Part shown: positions 36,501 to 50,846 of the stretch, piece by piece | Layout of the letters: every line of letters starts with the position of its first letter | How positions within the stretch are numbered: the first letter of the stretch is position 1 | NCBI RefSeq assembly: GCF_022539665.2 | Contig: NC_081331.1 | Span: forward strand, 4,650,001-4,714,000 | DNA: 64,000 nt | Source of the DNA: Daphnia carinata | Lineage: Eukaryota | Direction of reading: 5' to 3' | Translations under genes and position numbers: made by a program | Notes under the pieces: model-generated | Seen by the model: the letters and a program-made list of their open reading frames with translations, nothing else | Databases searched by the model: none | What the model was told of the DNA's origin: nothing

Positions 36501-39500
36501 GGTAAATTGTTGGGGGAATGTACAACCACCGTAGATGCGATTGAACTACGGCGTTATGCGGGTGGGCCCATCAAGGCTGATTAAACTAACAGTTTGGCCT
36601 TCTAATTTAGTTTTTTTTTTTCATGAAAAAAAAAACAAAAACGAGATGAAAATGTACCGTTTTCCGTGCAGAAGCAACTCGGAAAACGTTCGTCTTTCTA
36701 CATTTTTCTTGATATCTTCTAGTGTGTTTTACGAGACGGCAGGGTCAGGTGTCGTGCTGCATCGACCCCCGACGGCGGACGCCCGGATCTTTTTTAGCTC
36801 CTTATCACAAGAGCTAAACAAGCCGACAGTATATCCTCTACAGGGAAAGAATACCGACACAAAAAAAAGAGAAGTTTTTGCCATGCATAGATGTTGAGCG
36901 CAGGAGCAGCCAGAAGTTTGAACCCCAAAGTTTTAAACCATAAAATATACACACATTGAGAGAACGTCGTCCCTGTGTCATATATTATCTTTTCCTCTCT
37001 CGCTCATATAGGTAACGGTTGCTGCTGTTCCAGGGAAGAAGAAAATGAACAGACGCTCAGCCTCTTCACATCGGTGGTGGTAAGCATATCTCATCGTTCA
37101 CACGATCTCTCTCTCTATATATACCTGCAATATCCTACTGGGGCTGCCGGTATCTTGCGCAGGCGGTATTCTAACGTGTGTATTCAGTTCCTGCTGTTGG
37201 ACGATTTACGGCCAATGGTAATCGATGCACCAAGAGTGATGGGCAAACCCCGCGCCCATTTCAAAAGTATTTATTCCTATTTTTTCTTTTAAAGATCTGT
37301 TGCCTTTTTAAGATGTTTTTTCTTGTACAGGAGAACAGGCGTAGGATTGAAGGACCTCATTCGTTCTTATCAATTGTGTCTATGTAGATAGATCTGAGTA
37401 ATTTTTCCTGGAGAAAACTTTTCAGGGTTGTCTCTTGTTCGCTTACGAAACGTTCCGACTACAAGTTGGAGTCAACGTAGATCTACATGTCTAAACATAA
37501 ATAGGACGAAGGTCATCATCATGGCTCTTCGGTTGCTGACTGCAGGAGACTGTAGCCACACCAGCCGACAAAATCTCATATCATTATATATCCGAATTGG
37601 ATAAATAGAGAGCGCACCCGGCCAAGGTGAAACCGACAAACTGGCGGAGCGTTTTCTTAATGGCGTCGCTTCATATGCAAAGTTACTCTGTCGCTCTTGC
37701 TATCGTCCAGCTGGTAAAACCGCACCCCTCCTACCACCCCTTTTGAGATGAAAAAAAAAAAAAAAGGGAAACGCAGCACGTCCCCATGGTGCAAGCAACG
37801 GACTTGTGCAACGTTTCTTTATATACATATATACAACACGATAATAAATGACGATCAACAAAAGCCAATCGTAGGCCTATGCCACTTTATCGAGGGAACA
37901 CTGCCAAGGAATCTTTTTTTTACGATTGGCCCGTTCCGTGTTGTATACAGAGTGCTAGTATCGGATGTCTTACCGTCGGATGAGGTGGATCCGGCGTCCA
38001 GGCCGTCCAGGTAGTGAGTCTTGCAGAGAACGCGGCCTTCGTGCAGGGCAAACTCTTCACCGGTGCTGAGCTGGCGTCGGCAGGCGTCGCAGGCGAAACA
38101 GGCTAGATGGTAGACGTGCTCTCTCGCCCGTCTCACCCAATCGGCGGCCGAAATGGATCGACTGCATCGAGCGCATTTGGCTCCGAATGTCCTGTTTCAA
38201 TCAATTCGAATCACCATTAAGAAAGAATGCACCATTAGCAAATTTTAAAACAAACACGTAGACATTACAGAATATAACTTTGAAAATACAAGTTGACCTT
38301 TAATTGTTTACGTGGTCAAGATGATTTGATTTGCCTTTAAACGCTGGCTATTGTGCAGCCTGTGTTAGTCTTATAATAGCTACAGTAGAGTATAAAATGA
38401 ACATCATCTAAACGAACAAGTTACGTCGTATTTGTTTCACATCTATGTGGAAGAGTGCATTTTTTGTTTTTATACGAGCGAGTCTAAGACGATTAAACGT
38501 GTTTCCAGGCCTAGAAGATTGGTATCCCCGCTGCACGCGTAACGTCCATTAAATTGTTGGTCTGATGGATAAAAGAAACAACAGACAAGCGCCTTCATGT
38601 CCGTCCCCTCTTTAATATTCTCGTTCACAATAGACACACCGTTCAATTAACTTTTTGAACCCTCTTTTTGTATAAAGGCGTCAGTAGAAGCCCTCCCAGA
38701 TTCATTTTTTTTCATTATTAAAAAAATAATAATAATGAAGCTTCCCTTTTCTTTTTCTGTTACCGTCGGGATTCGTCGTGAGTCCTGGTCTATTTCAATT
38801 TTGTTTTAAAAACCTTTTCTATTAGACTTGATTGGTAGAACAGCCCTGAGCAGCTATTGTTTGATTTCATCGTACCTTCATTTATTCACGTTTGCTCGAA
38901 CAAAATCAAAACTATTTTTTGAATTAATAACGTGACGGAAAATGGCAGCTACATCGTTAAATACAGGCCCTGTGTCCCGCAATCATTTCTCGTGGTACAC
39001 AAAAGAAAAAAACGTTCCCAAAAGTGGTCGTGTCCATCACGTTCTGCCTATGCGTCATTGGCCAGTCTTCTGTTATCATAACGTGACAACTCCCCAGCTA
39101 GAAAGGGACAAGCTAAACATATTTACAATCGTTTTGTGGCTTTTTTTGGGGGGGGGGAGGGGAGGGAAAAAGAGAAACTCGGAACACAACATCTTCGGAA
39201 ATAAAGAGAGAAAATAGCAACCGCTATAGAAAGAAAAAAAACATGGCTGCCTGCGTGGTGGGTCGCATTTTTTTTTTTTCATTGTGGTGTCCACAATTTG
39301 GTCGTGTTCGTTTTTTTATTATTATTCTTTTCTTAAAACCGTTCAGGTTGGAAGTCACGGAAGTCATCGACTTTGTACGAGCGGTCGGAGACGTCAAGTC
39401 TTTAACACTTGGGGTATATTCAATTTTGTTTTTCTCCTATCTGTCCTCGTTGACATCACGAGCTCATCGACCCACAATCAAATGACAAACAAACGTTGGA

Positions 39501-41092
39501 ATGCTCAGCAATCATCTTAAGAAAGGAAAAAAGGAATTGTGTTGTTCAAGTGTGCCCACGAAGGGGTTGACAAAGTTTTTCCTCCAGTCACGAGAACGAA
39601 CTTGTGGGCAAATAGAATTTGAGGAACGTGATAGACGGTTGGTGGGAACGAGTTGAAGTAGATTGTGGTTATTCAGTTGATTTTATGTACCTGGTGTAAT
39701 CGGCTCGGCAGTAGATGGCTCCGGCCCTGACGAAGCAGGAAGGTTGGTTGTCGAGGGCCGTCCGGCAGACGGAACAGCGCAGGCAAGTCGAGTGCCACGT
39801 CCGGCCGGACACTTGAATCAGGAAGCGGTCGGTAATCAGCTCGCCGCAAGCAGCGCACACTCCGGCCGCGACTCCGACCTGGCCGCTAGATCCGGCTGTC
39901 AACCCGACGCTACCGTTACTCCCGACGCTCCCGATGCCACCGACGCCCATGCCGCTGGTCGAGTCAATCGAACAGTCGGACGGCGAAAGAGCTTCCGTCT
40001 ATATAAACGTGATTCATTTTTCTTTTAAATTCCAGAGATCAAAACACAGTTTCACGGCACTATATTTAGATATTAGATCTAAAAAAGTTTTACATCTTCC
40101 CCTCGATTGTGTCCATCAACGACTAGGAAGACGTACTCAACTGGAATATTGATGAAACAACTCCCTGTAGGCCACCTTTCACACACTTCGTTAACCGTCA
40201 AGTATTTCAGCGTGTACTACAAGTCTGGCCTCACGTTAAGCAACTAACAGCAGAGAGAGAGAGCAGTAGACTCACGAGTTATTAAATCACGCCGTAAAAT
40301 GTCTCATAAAGAACAAGAAAGAAAAAAATGGAGAATAAAGAGTAGATATACAAAGCTAAAAAGGACGCTAGCTCTACGGTTTTAGCTAATAGTTAGCAGT
40401 GACATATGCAAAGGCTATAATGCATCCGCATTTGATACGTTGGGAATTTCAGTCTCGTTTTTGTACGTTGCTTAGCATTTTCTTTTTGACTGTGAATAGA
40501 GGTTTACACTAATAGCGTGTGTCCTGGAACCAGTCCGCTAATGGACGTCCTTATTTTAGGCATTTGGATGTTGCACATTCCTTCTCTTGTGTAGGTTACA
40601 GTATTTATGTCAGATGAAAAAGTCTTTTTTTTTATAGACTCTCATCTCACGCTGAGCCTCTTTCATCGTGTATACTATGGTTACGGATGCCATTTCATTT
40701 TTTTTTTTTTTGTATATTCAAGAAGATGTTTCAACCAGTACCGCCAAGATCCGTGTGCATTTTGATTTGTGGATAGATTTTTATGGAAGATAAAATAATA
40801 TACGTATAGGAAATCAAGGATATCTATAGAGTGGACAGTCAAATGGATTTATGAATCACCTTTTCTCGTTTGATCTCGCATGGACTGACGGGATGTAGCG
40901 ATGAGGCCGGAGACATTGAAGTGTCCATAAACTGCGAAATACATAAAACAATTATAGACGAGCCGGACCGTGCAAATGATTAGTCGTTGGCAATTGTTTT
41001 GTTGGGCCAGCAATTCTGAATGTTGATTAGTAGTTATGAATATGTTTTTTTTTTACCATGTCTTTGTGATTTATCCTGCGACGCACCTTCAT
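33558..41092 (-). CDS. Awh: LIM/homeobox protein Arrowhead (Lhx6/8 class); exons 41092-41087 (or -41057), 39998-39691, 38191-37974, 34613-34281, 33904-33770, 33616-33558
   Basis: N-terminus MK|TE; LIM1 [31 protein letters not shown]...[17 protein letters not shown]2 [55 protein letters not shown]; homeodomain [57 protein letters not shown], the Awh-type signature. All introns are GT-AG and phase-consistent. Confidence 0.93.
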
Positions 41093-41384
41093 AATTTCGA
41101 TCACGGCACTTTTGATCTCGAAATCGATCGAGTCGATATGGAATTCGAGTAAACTTTAAAATCGATGATACGCACAAAACAGAACTACGAGGAGACAATT
41201 AAAACAAAGTTCTTTCAGATCAACCTGAAACCTAACCGCAGACTCACGATAATCTTGGATCGTTGGCTGCACGAACCAGTGACAAGAAACAACAGCAGCT
41301 GGGTTCGTTATGAAGCGAATGCCGAAGTTATTGGCGTTGATGTGCTGTCACGAAAAAGAGTTACACACAAACGTCAACTCTACA

Positions 41385-41500
41385 ACAACTGAAATATTCA
41401 CACAGATGCTAACGACTGAAGCAAAACTTAACCGCCCCAACACAACAACCCACACTCGGTGAACACCGGCCGAACATTGGACTCTGGGCCGGGGCGGACG
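41385..41500 (-). promoter_or_regulatory. Candidate Awh core promoter
   Basis: Minus-strand arthropod Inr-like TCAGT at ~41392 and ~41419, plus a GGGCGG box near 41491, about 300 nt upstream of the ATG. Motif-only evidence. Confidence 0.35.
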
Positions 41501-44500
41501 GACATAGTCAAGAGGTGGGTGGGTGGGATTTTTTTTTCTCTCTCCTTTTTTTTTTTTTAAAGGTGGGATAGGAGGAGGGCTGCTGACTTGAGCGCGCACG
41601 CTCAAGCTCGCACCTATTGAACATAAAAGAAAGAAAAAAACAGGTCGGGGCCCTCAAAAGTCAACGCCCTTTTAGCGGACGGGGAGGAGGAGCTTGGATG
41701 GAAAACATCGCCAGCTGATTGGCTGCCCGCCGAGCGCGCAACACGCACCCACACACTGGAAACGGGCTGCCCGTATCCTCTTGCACCCCGTCGCCGCGCT
41801 CGAACAATTGGTCGGAGACAAGTTTCTTTTTATATATACTGTATATATTTTTTTTTCTTCCTATCGCTTACTGGTGTGTATGATGGCCGCCTGCCTAACG
41901 TGTGGGAGCGTGACCGGCGACTTTTATTTGATATTTTTTTTTTCTAAATCTCTTTTACGACGCTGCTGCAGCAAAAACGTTTGAATATGGGCAGTCGCAT
42001 ATAAGGAGGTCTCCGACGAAAAAAAATTGACTCCACTCTCAACAACAACAATAGCAACCCGTCGATCGAAGCGGAACTTTTCTTTTTTCATAAAAAGAAA
42101 AAAAAAGTATATAATATTTTATTCTTGTAGCTGAAGTATGATCATCTTTTAACATTTCTCCTTGATTTTTCTTTTTGACGTTTGCTTGTGTGTATATATA
42201 CAGATTTGGGATGTTAAGAGTGTTTGTTCGCTTGCCGTGAATAATAGTATACGATATAGGCATACAACGAGAAACAGGGATCGGTTGTCCATGAGAATAT
42301 TCAACTTGTGGAGAAAAAAAAACATAAAAATACCTGTAGGGGCCTTTGAACGCGCATTCCGCAATCTCTCTCTCATCTTTTGTCATTGACGAATGATCCT
42401 AGCGGTTCCGCCGTCGTCATAAACATGATTGCTGATCGCGCATTTTATCGTTGCGAAAAAAGCGGCCGTTTTTTTTTCCTTCCCTTTGCACAAATAAGGT
42501 ATAAGATTCCCTTGTTATGCTTGTTATATACATGTGCATTGACTGTATGGGGTCGAAATGTCGGCCTGTTACTCGCCAAACAGTTGTTAACGACCTTCGC
42601 TCGTTCCCCTTACTTCGGCTGGTTAAAAGAATTCATAGAACTTACATTCTCGTCATTGATTCATCATCGACGTAGTCCGATTTGTATAGTGAGATAAGCC
42701 TCTGTAGATTTAAGTAGATCAACGAAACTGGTGTCCGTAATGCACACGATCATGTAGAGTGAAAATAGAAGATCAATCATTCGGAACTTGATATAGTGAG
42801 AGTTGCTGAGGGACAATGGCAAAAAAAAAAAAAAGAAGTTTCTCTCCCCGCAGAACATATCATCCCTGTCATTGTTGGGATTTTTTATGGGCTATAGCCA
42901 CTTGATATTGAAATAATAGGGGCTGCTGTGGTGTGAACTCGGCGGAGCCGATTGTCGACGGCCAACCAGTCATGAAGTGCAAGCCTTCTCTCATCATTCT
43001 CTCTGTCTTTTATGTTCTACCGTCAGACATATGTACTTCATGATAGGAAACTATACATTCTTGACTCCTTTTTTTTAGGAGGAGGGGGAGACCTGACAAC
43101 GATTGAAAGAATGAATGAGAAAAAAATCCAAGTATAGCCTCTTTGTACTGGCAAAACGGAGGCTTTGGATGAAGAAAAAAAAACCAAATAGGGCGGATTC
43201 GGGGGGTATTCTCATATAGTGCAAACTCACTGTACGACATAGTGTGTGTACAGCAAAAATAAAAAAAGAGATGCGATGATTCCAGCGAAAGGCGTGAAGT
43301 GTATTATAAAAGTTGACAACGTGACCTTATTGTCCATGTCCCCCTCATTTTTTTTCCCCTTGTAGGGTTAACCACAGCAGTGTTTCCCTCTTCTCGTGTT
43401 CGCTAACATTTGAGACTGAAACAATTTTTTTTCTTTCCTGTTCTACAAATTTATTTCTGATATTGCTTATGTATCGCAACCAGCAGGAGTGCAAAGCCTT
43501 CTTTTTTTTTTATTTTGTTGAGAGGGGGGGAGGGGTGGACTTTTTGTATCACCGGTGAGTATATAAATAACCGGGTAAGGCTTTTGTGCACCGGAAAGCG
43601 AACTGCGGGGCTCACCTTTAGTGCGGTTTTTGGGCTCCGTTGACCTCTAATAGGTCAAATCGATAGACTATATATCGTAGATACATCACCTATAGTGTGT
43701 ACCACAACGTACAGAATAAAGAAAGATATTCAACCCCATTCGCAGCTGTTGATGGGGGGCACTGCTGCCGAAAACTAGAGAGAGAGAGAGAAAGGCATTC
43801 TACAAGAACAAGAAGAGAAAAAAGGTTGACATAGTCCGACAGTCGATAGACTGCGCGGCTCCACGGTACATTAACTTGAACAGGCATCCGCCAGTGTATC
43901 ATAGTCCATCGCCTAGCCTTTTTGTCCTTTTTTCTTTTTATTCACATACGGGATGAAAAGCAGACCTTCTATACGATCATGTCAAACCATTCGTTACACA
44001 GGTATATAGGTGTAGTAGTTTGCAGTATGTCGAGATTCTTTGGCTGCTGCCGTCTACTCCCCTCGCACAGCAAATCGAAAGGTGTTTATCGACGCCACAA
44101 GATCGTCGCCAAAATCATTAAAATTGCGGTTGAGGAATAAAAGAGGGAGAATGTGAGGGGAATCTCGGGGAAAAAAAAAGGGTGGCAGTTCTTTCTAGAA
44201 GATGTTTGGCAAAGCTTCCTTTCTTACGTCGGTCCCATCAAAGCATTCAATAGGTGATCGATGCACCGTGGATAAACCGTCGTCGCATTCTTAGTCGCTT
44301 CTTTCTCTGCCAAGGTAAGGGGGGGAAAAGGGAGGACTGCTTTTATATAATATGTGATCTGAACGCATCGTCGGCTTAGTGAAAGAAAAAACCCTTTGAC
44401 GCGGCGAAATCTCGTCGATGTAGGCGCGTTTTCGTAGCGAACGCGTCACCAATTTTTAGGCCTAAAAGGTGATTGGAGTGGAAAGAGAGCCAAGTCGGCG

Positions 44501-45054
44501 GCTGCTGTAAATCTCGTTACTTCCGCATTCAGAGATATACAAAAGAAGAAACACACTCCACATATTCAACAAAAATCTTCCTCTCTTCAAAGACCATTAG
44601 ATCATATAAAAAGTTGCGACGCGAAGATCGATCAATCTCGATTTCGAATTCAGCGGCACGAGACTGCTAAACATCGTTTTACACTTCTTTTTATGTTCAT
44701 CCCCTTTCAAAAGTTGCTGGAGCTTGAGTTTACCTTTGTCGTTTGGATGTAGTAGATTCCAAACACAAGTTTGGAATGTTGACTCAAAAATCTTGGACAC
44801 GACTCAAGCGATCAAAATGATGTGTATGATGATGAAAAAGGCGAGAAAGAGTACAATGGACATGGTCCATATTGGCTCTTAGAAGAGCACGAGCAAGCTC
44901 GGCATAATCACAGACAACACACAACAAAAAGATATCAGGCGACGGGATAACGAGTAGCAATCAACTCGTAAAAATTTTGGTTAACAATATACATATATAT
45001 CAGACAATCTGGTATCAAAGACGGATAGACCTATAAGAGCCACACGAACGAGGC

Positions 45055-47003
45055 TCACGAAGAAAGAGAACAGCTTAGCGCTAATTGTACAGCGCAATCC
45101 AAAACGATGTGGACATCCATGGACGGAAAATTCTGGTGATAGAAACAATTCGTATTTGAAAATACGGCAGTTTGTTTAAACAGTTAGGAGTGGAATACCT
45201 GAAGAAGTTTCAAATTACAAGGGAAATCGCCCGATAGAAGATTCTCTCTCAACAGCCTGTGAAAAAGATCCCGGAAAAAGAAAACAGATGAAAACCTGTT
45301 ATATCGAATACGCATCTATACAAGTGGTTGCTACTTACACTATCATAGCCGTACACACGTAAATGAGAAATTCAAAACGGTTCTGATCTGCAAAAAGGGA
45401 ATCCCATATCCGTAAAATATCAGGCAACTCAAATTCTTGAGAGAGTAAAAGGGTCAGCCATCTAAATGCAAAGACGTTGATCAGTTTTACGGGTTTGCTG
45501 TTCTTTTCATTTGTTATCGCGACTGTTACCGAAAAGAGTAAAACTGAGGTTCTAATTCTTGATTTTTCAGCCTGTTCCAGACTTGAGGGTCGCACTCCTT
45601 CAATTTCCGCATCAGGCGATTCATCAGACCGTTGATGCCCATCTCACTCTCGTCAAGCGTCTTAATGAAGAAATCTCGAATCTCAGACATCAAACCGGTG
45701 AAACAGAAAAAAGTGTCGGCTTCAGCATATTCTGTTCAGACAATTAAAGAAATATATTGATTACGGATGCATTCCCAGTTTCTATCAATTAATGAAAAAG
45801 AAAAAACCTCTCCAGTCGCTATCGGCGTCCGTAGCAAAAAGATAATATATCGGGCCTATAATTTCATTCATTCCTTGAACGTAGCTTTGCCCTGGATTCA
45901 GTTTTGCATAGATGAACAGAATTCGTTCAACAACTTCCCAGTGAGCTTCTTGTCCTGACGATAGCACTGCATAATCTTCCTGGGCTTTTCTGACTGTGTA
46001 AGATACCTGTCATAGTAATCTTGGTCAGATAAAACATGTAACTTAATACTACGTTTGAAAATTACTTTGTTCATCCCGATTCCTTTGCGTTCGACAGTCC
46101 CCGCACTAAGTGCTGTATACTGTACTCTATTGTGGAGGCGAATAGAATCTGAATCCGGCCCACCCACAATTTGTTGACATGGAAAATCTGTAGCTTGCTG
46201 GAAGAAGGAAATGTCAGGGCATAGTCTCCTAAAATATCAAGCAATTGATGTCATTTCCAGTAAACTAGAGAGGTTAACTTAGAAAAGCCAGTTAGTTTAA
46301 AGTACTGGCTTAAGTATGAAAGCCACTTGAATCTATACAGGTTATCTGAAGTTCTTTAAATAACATGCAAGTTTTTGAAATTGACAATCCCATGAGCAAG
46401 ATTTTCCCACAAAAACCCTTAGCATAGTATAGCTCAATTTATATACCTGACATCTTTGTCTATTTGTAACAGAACTTCATTGTCCTTGAAGAAAGTCTGC
46501 CATTTACTATCAGGGTTTATGCTAAGTGGATGATCGTCCATGGTGACATCAATTCTTGGGCAATCTGTTCTTCCATCTTTCGGTGCCACAACCATTTCAT
46601 CTATGTTTATAAAATCATAATAATCACAGTTTGACCATTTTGATCCATTAAACAATGTTATACCTATGAATTGTTTGTACAAATCTCTCTTGCTTCTTAA
46701 AACTTCCTTCCATTGTTTACGATTTGGTGGTAAATAGTTCAGCAAAAGTTTCCAGCAAAGGGGACGGAGGCCACTGTCATCAGGTACACCTGTCATCCAA
46801 AGGTAAGCTTTTTTTTATGTCAAATTTAAGGCATCTCATGCTGGGTTACCTCTAAAACATTGCTTTCTGAATAACTTAAAATTTATATTATCTTCCTTTA
46901 GCAGCTCCTGAAGCTCATTGATTCTAGAGAAATTAATAGGATTAAAGGGACATAAACAAAAAAAATTCATGATAGAAGATTACTTTTCGCGATATGCCGC
47001 CAT
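45055..47003 (-). CDS. TBC1D13: TBC1 domain family member 13 (Rab-GAP), ~10 exons
   Basis: Spliced: MAAYREK...GVPDDSGLRPLCWKLLLNYLP...DHPLSINPDSKWQTFFKDNEVLLQIDKDVRRLCPDISFFQ...EAHWEVVERILFIYAKLNPGQSYVQGMNEIIGPIYY...EADTFFCFTGLMSEIRDFFIKTLD...FRWLTLLLSQEFELPDILRIWDSLF...NFPSMDV. Contains the IxxDxxR and YxQ TBC catalytic motifs. Confidence 0.93.
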
Positions 47004-47311
47004 GACAAAAAATGGAATATCAACAAGCGTAAAAGCAAATTATGAAATATTTCTTAAGCTGTCAAAATAAGTCGGAACTCCCCCCCTCCTCCTGGAATTT
47101 TTTCCTCAATGTCCCTGTTCCTGCCACCTAGGAGTAAACTGAGGAAGCATCATTTAAAAAATAAGGGTAGAAGGTAAAAAAACGCAATTCAACAACCTGT
47201 CGTTCAATGAACCTCCGGAGATGCGCCTAATTAAGCTGGCAAACATTTTCCGGGAAAAACAGCAATAGTCTTTTTCTGCCGTCATAAGGGAAGAGATGAG
47301 TCTTCACGAAA

Positions 47312-48817
47312 ATGTTGCTGTGGCAACAACCAGCTACCGTACGGTGTCAGGGGTTTGATCGCTTACCGTTGGTGTTTTTAACGATATTAGTGTTATTCAT
47401 CTACAATTTTAATAAACCTACTTTTGACCATGTAATTATCGTGAAGAAAGAGATTCATCAACTATCAAAAAATGGCCCCACGACCATTAGTGTTGCAAAA
47501 AAATTTCGTGAAGTCGGAAATGGTGCACCAATTCACAACGAATCGTCTCAGTTTAATCCCTTCAACGGTTCCGTAGTATCGAACACTAACGACGTAATGA
47601 TGGCTTATAGTCACAATAGCTTTGGCCTTGAGCTAATGGAACGACCAGTGAAATCTATATTGTTTTGGAATGAAGCTTATGGATCCAAAGACTATGGTAA
47701 TTAGTTTTTATAGAAATTTAAATTATGGATCATATGTTCATCACATTTTAGAATAGGTATAGGATTTGGTCAGCAGGGTTTCCGGCAGTTAAATTGCCCA
47801 ATCACCGAATGTTATACGACAGACAACAGATCATTTTTTGCAGCCACCGAAGAGTTTGACGCCATAGTCTTCCACCTGCGAACATTTAACATCGAAGATT
47901 TACCTCCCACGAGAAGCAAACATCAACGGTGGATTTTGTGGTCATTGGAATCGCCTCAATATAATATGCGAGACATTTACCCATTAGATGGTCTGTTTAA
48001 CTGGACAATGACTTACCGCAGAGACTCTGATGTGATTCAGCCATATGGATGGGTTCAACCCACCGGTCCCTTTAAACTTCGACCAGAATTGGAAGAAATC
48101 AATGGAGAAATGGCACTTTCCGCTACAAGAAAACCTACAACAAAAAAGACGAAACTGATAGCATGGTTTGTCTCAAATTGTCAAACTCGAAGCCTGCGTG
48201 AAAAATACGTTGATGCCCTTGCAGAGCACATCAAAGTCGACGTGTACGGAGATTGCGGTTCTCTGAGCTGTGATCGTGACAATGCAGCCAATTGTTACAG
48301 CATGCTTGAGCAAGATTATAAGTTTTACCTTTCGTTTGAGAACTCATTTTGTGACGATTACGTTACAGAGAAATTTTTTTCTATACTTCAATTGGAGGTT
48401 GTGCCAATAGTTTTTGGAGGCAGCAATTACTCTGCTATGGCTCCCCCGCATTCGTACATTAATGCTCAAGATTTTGAGACAGCTCGTCAACTAGCCGACT
48501 ATCTTAAAACGTTGGACTCCGACAATGGTATGGATACAATAAACTTTCATAGCACTTCTTCACCAAAAAATTTCATATTTGACTTTATTGATTGCAACAT
48601 AGAACTCTACAACCAATATTTTTGGTGGAAACCCCATTATCGAATCAGAAATCACATTCAAGATCTTAAATTGTCCATGTGTGGCCTATGCACCCGGTTA
48701 CACTACGATAAAGCCCTACGAATATACGACGACATGGAGAAATGGTGGGTGAGGGAAAGCCATTGCCATCTTCCACGACGTGATAATGTTTTTCATATTC
48801 CGTTTTGGACAAATTAA
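47312..48817 (+). CDS. Alpha-(1,3)-fucosyltransferase (GT10, FucT-C-like); exons 47312-47696, 47757-48527, 48603-48817
   Basis: Type II membrane anchor (LPLVFLTILVLFIY), ILFWN, DAIVFH, WSLESP, FNWTMTYRRDSDV, AWFVSNC, VDVYGDC, and the alpha3-FucT motif YKFYLSFENSFCDDYVTEKFF; ends LYNQYFWWK...CGLC. Confidence 0.92.
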
Positions 48818-49550
48818 AGCTATTCACCTACGAAAAATGTTTTGTTTTATTATTAGTCTTTCTCACTTGTCCTGCTTAACGGCCTGTATCTATTTTTAAT
48901 TAATAATGGAAATGAAAAGTCAGCTTGTCACTGGGGTAAATGTTTATGCAATTAGGCAATGAAGCATTGACTAGTAATAAACGCTCGAAAAAGAACAATG
49001 GCTAGAGGGTAGCATGCTGGTTTATTTGTCTCGTGCTGTGAAGTCTCGCACAATTTTGGGTGATGCATTAGCTTGAGTTGATTTATAATTTGTTAAGAAA
49101 AGAATTAAAGCTCAACAAGCCTGTTTGAGCTTAAGTCATGTTAATTTCAGAGTAGTGGAGTAGTCCCTAACATTTCTTTTCAGTTTCCTAGTTTCTCGAA
49201 AAAGAATTTGCCAGTCAACGCGAACCAGGTAACATTGATTATCTGACTTTGTCAAAAAGGATTAATGTTGTCATATGTAAGATATCCAATTGTGCATTTC
49301 TGTTCAGGTTTAAATTTTATTGTGCTTCTGTTAAACCAAAGCATAGAGGTTTAACAGTTGCTGTTGCTGATATCAAATCTTACACAACACCTATTTTATA
49401 TGCTGGTACGCTGATGATTTGTTAGCTATTATTTTGTACAGGTATAATACTAGTGATTATCAAATACTTTAGCTGTGCTAGTCTGCAGTTTGCTCTAACC
49501 ACCCTTCGGATTTTTCATTGTACAAAAATCTAGGTTTTAAGATTCCAAAT

Positions 49551-50846
49551 ATGACCTCAACAGCCATGAAAGGCACAACAGAAATTATTTACATTTCTGA
49601 CGATGAACCAAATGATTGTGTGATAGATTCTGCTAGTTCATGTTGGAAATTAGATATTCAAGCCATAAGTAGTGATGGCAAAGGATTTCATAACTTGCAA
49701 GGTGAGGCTGATCATCAGAGAAATTTTATATCAGTGAAAACAGCTTTTTTGGACAATTTTATTGATATTTCGAATTTTATACAGAAGTTGTATCTCGAAG
49801 TAACTTGACTAATTTGGAGAGTAGCAACACAACAAAAGTGTCGTTGGACGTAAAAAAAAATCATGATGAAATATCCAGTTCGTCAAAACATCAAAGTCCA
49901 ATTAAAACTTTTAGTGTTTACATTTCTTCTACCGATGGATCGCGTCAATGGTTTGATGTTGTACCATACAAAGCTAAAGTAAAAATCGGTTCCAACAATG
50001 ATGGTAGTCAACCAAGTTCCTCGCCGAAAACCGCTTCATTACAAGTACGTCGTTTTAAATTATTCTGCGTACCCTTAGAAGCTACACCTGCTTCGCATGA
50101 CTACCTCTTTCTACGGTTTTTGAGCCTTTACGTAAATCCCTGAATTTTCTGAGACAAAAAAACATATAAATTGCGAGAAGTTATATACGTAAAGCTTCAG
50201 AAACGTCGAAAGAGTTCTCGTATGCAAGCACCTTTTCGTACGTAATACTTTCTTAGTTTTATGCCCGGTTGAATACAGGACCTTTTTACGATTATCCTAT
50301 CTAGGATATCCGTGATGACCATCAATACAGTTCCACATCTTTACCTGAAAATTCAGACAAAGAGAACGGGAAAGCACCAAGTTCCAAGAAATCGCGAAGA
50401 AAACTTGTTTCTGCAGAGGAGTGCGACATCTGCTCACCCCCGTATCACACATGCAAACAGTTTGCAAACGTTACCGGCAATTTCACACCAAGTAGGAGGA
50501 ACATCAAATTGAATAAATTTCTCGCGTTCAAGCCAGGCACTTTGAGAAAACGAAAAGACCTACAAACAGAAAGAATTGACCAGGCCAGAATGCGGAAGAT
50601 TAAAACGAAAAGAAGACCTTTCTGGCAGTGTATTTATTGTGAAAAGGTAAATTGTGATTTTTATGAGAATGTTGGAGATAGCGAGGTAAAATTTGTATTA
50701 TTATTAATAACTTCTTGCAGATATTTCAGTTGGCGGGTTATTGCGAACAACATGAAATAAATTGCCGTGAAGGAAACAGGGGTAAGCGGTCGAATGTATT
50801 GGCAAGTCAACTGAAATGTCCGAGCCATCCTCAGAAATATCTGTAA
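49551..50846 (+). CDS. Uncharacterised protein with a CCHC-type zinc finger; exons 49551-49701, 49785-50044, 50305-50646, 50721-50846 (3' end uncertain)
   Basis: Phase-consistent GT-AG splicing joins separate ORF fragments. WQCIYCEK|IFQLAGYCEQHEINC fits C-x2-C-x12-H-x3-C; basic NLS-like stretches; SIM-like IIYISDDE near the N-terminus. Confidence 0.6.
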
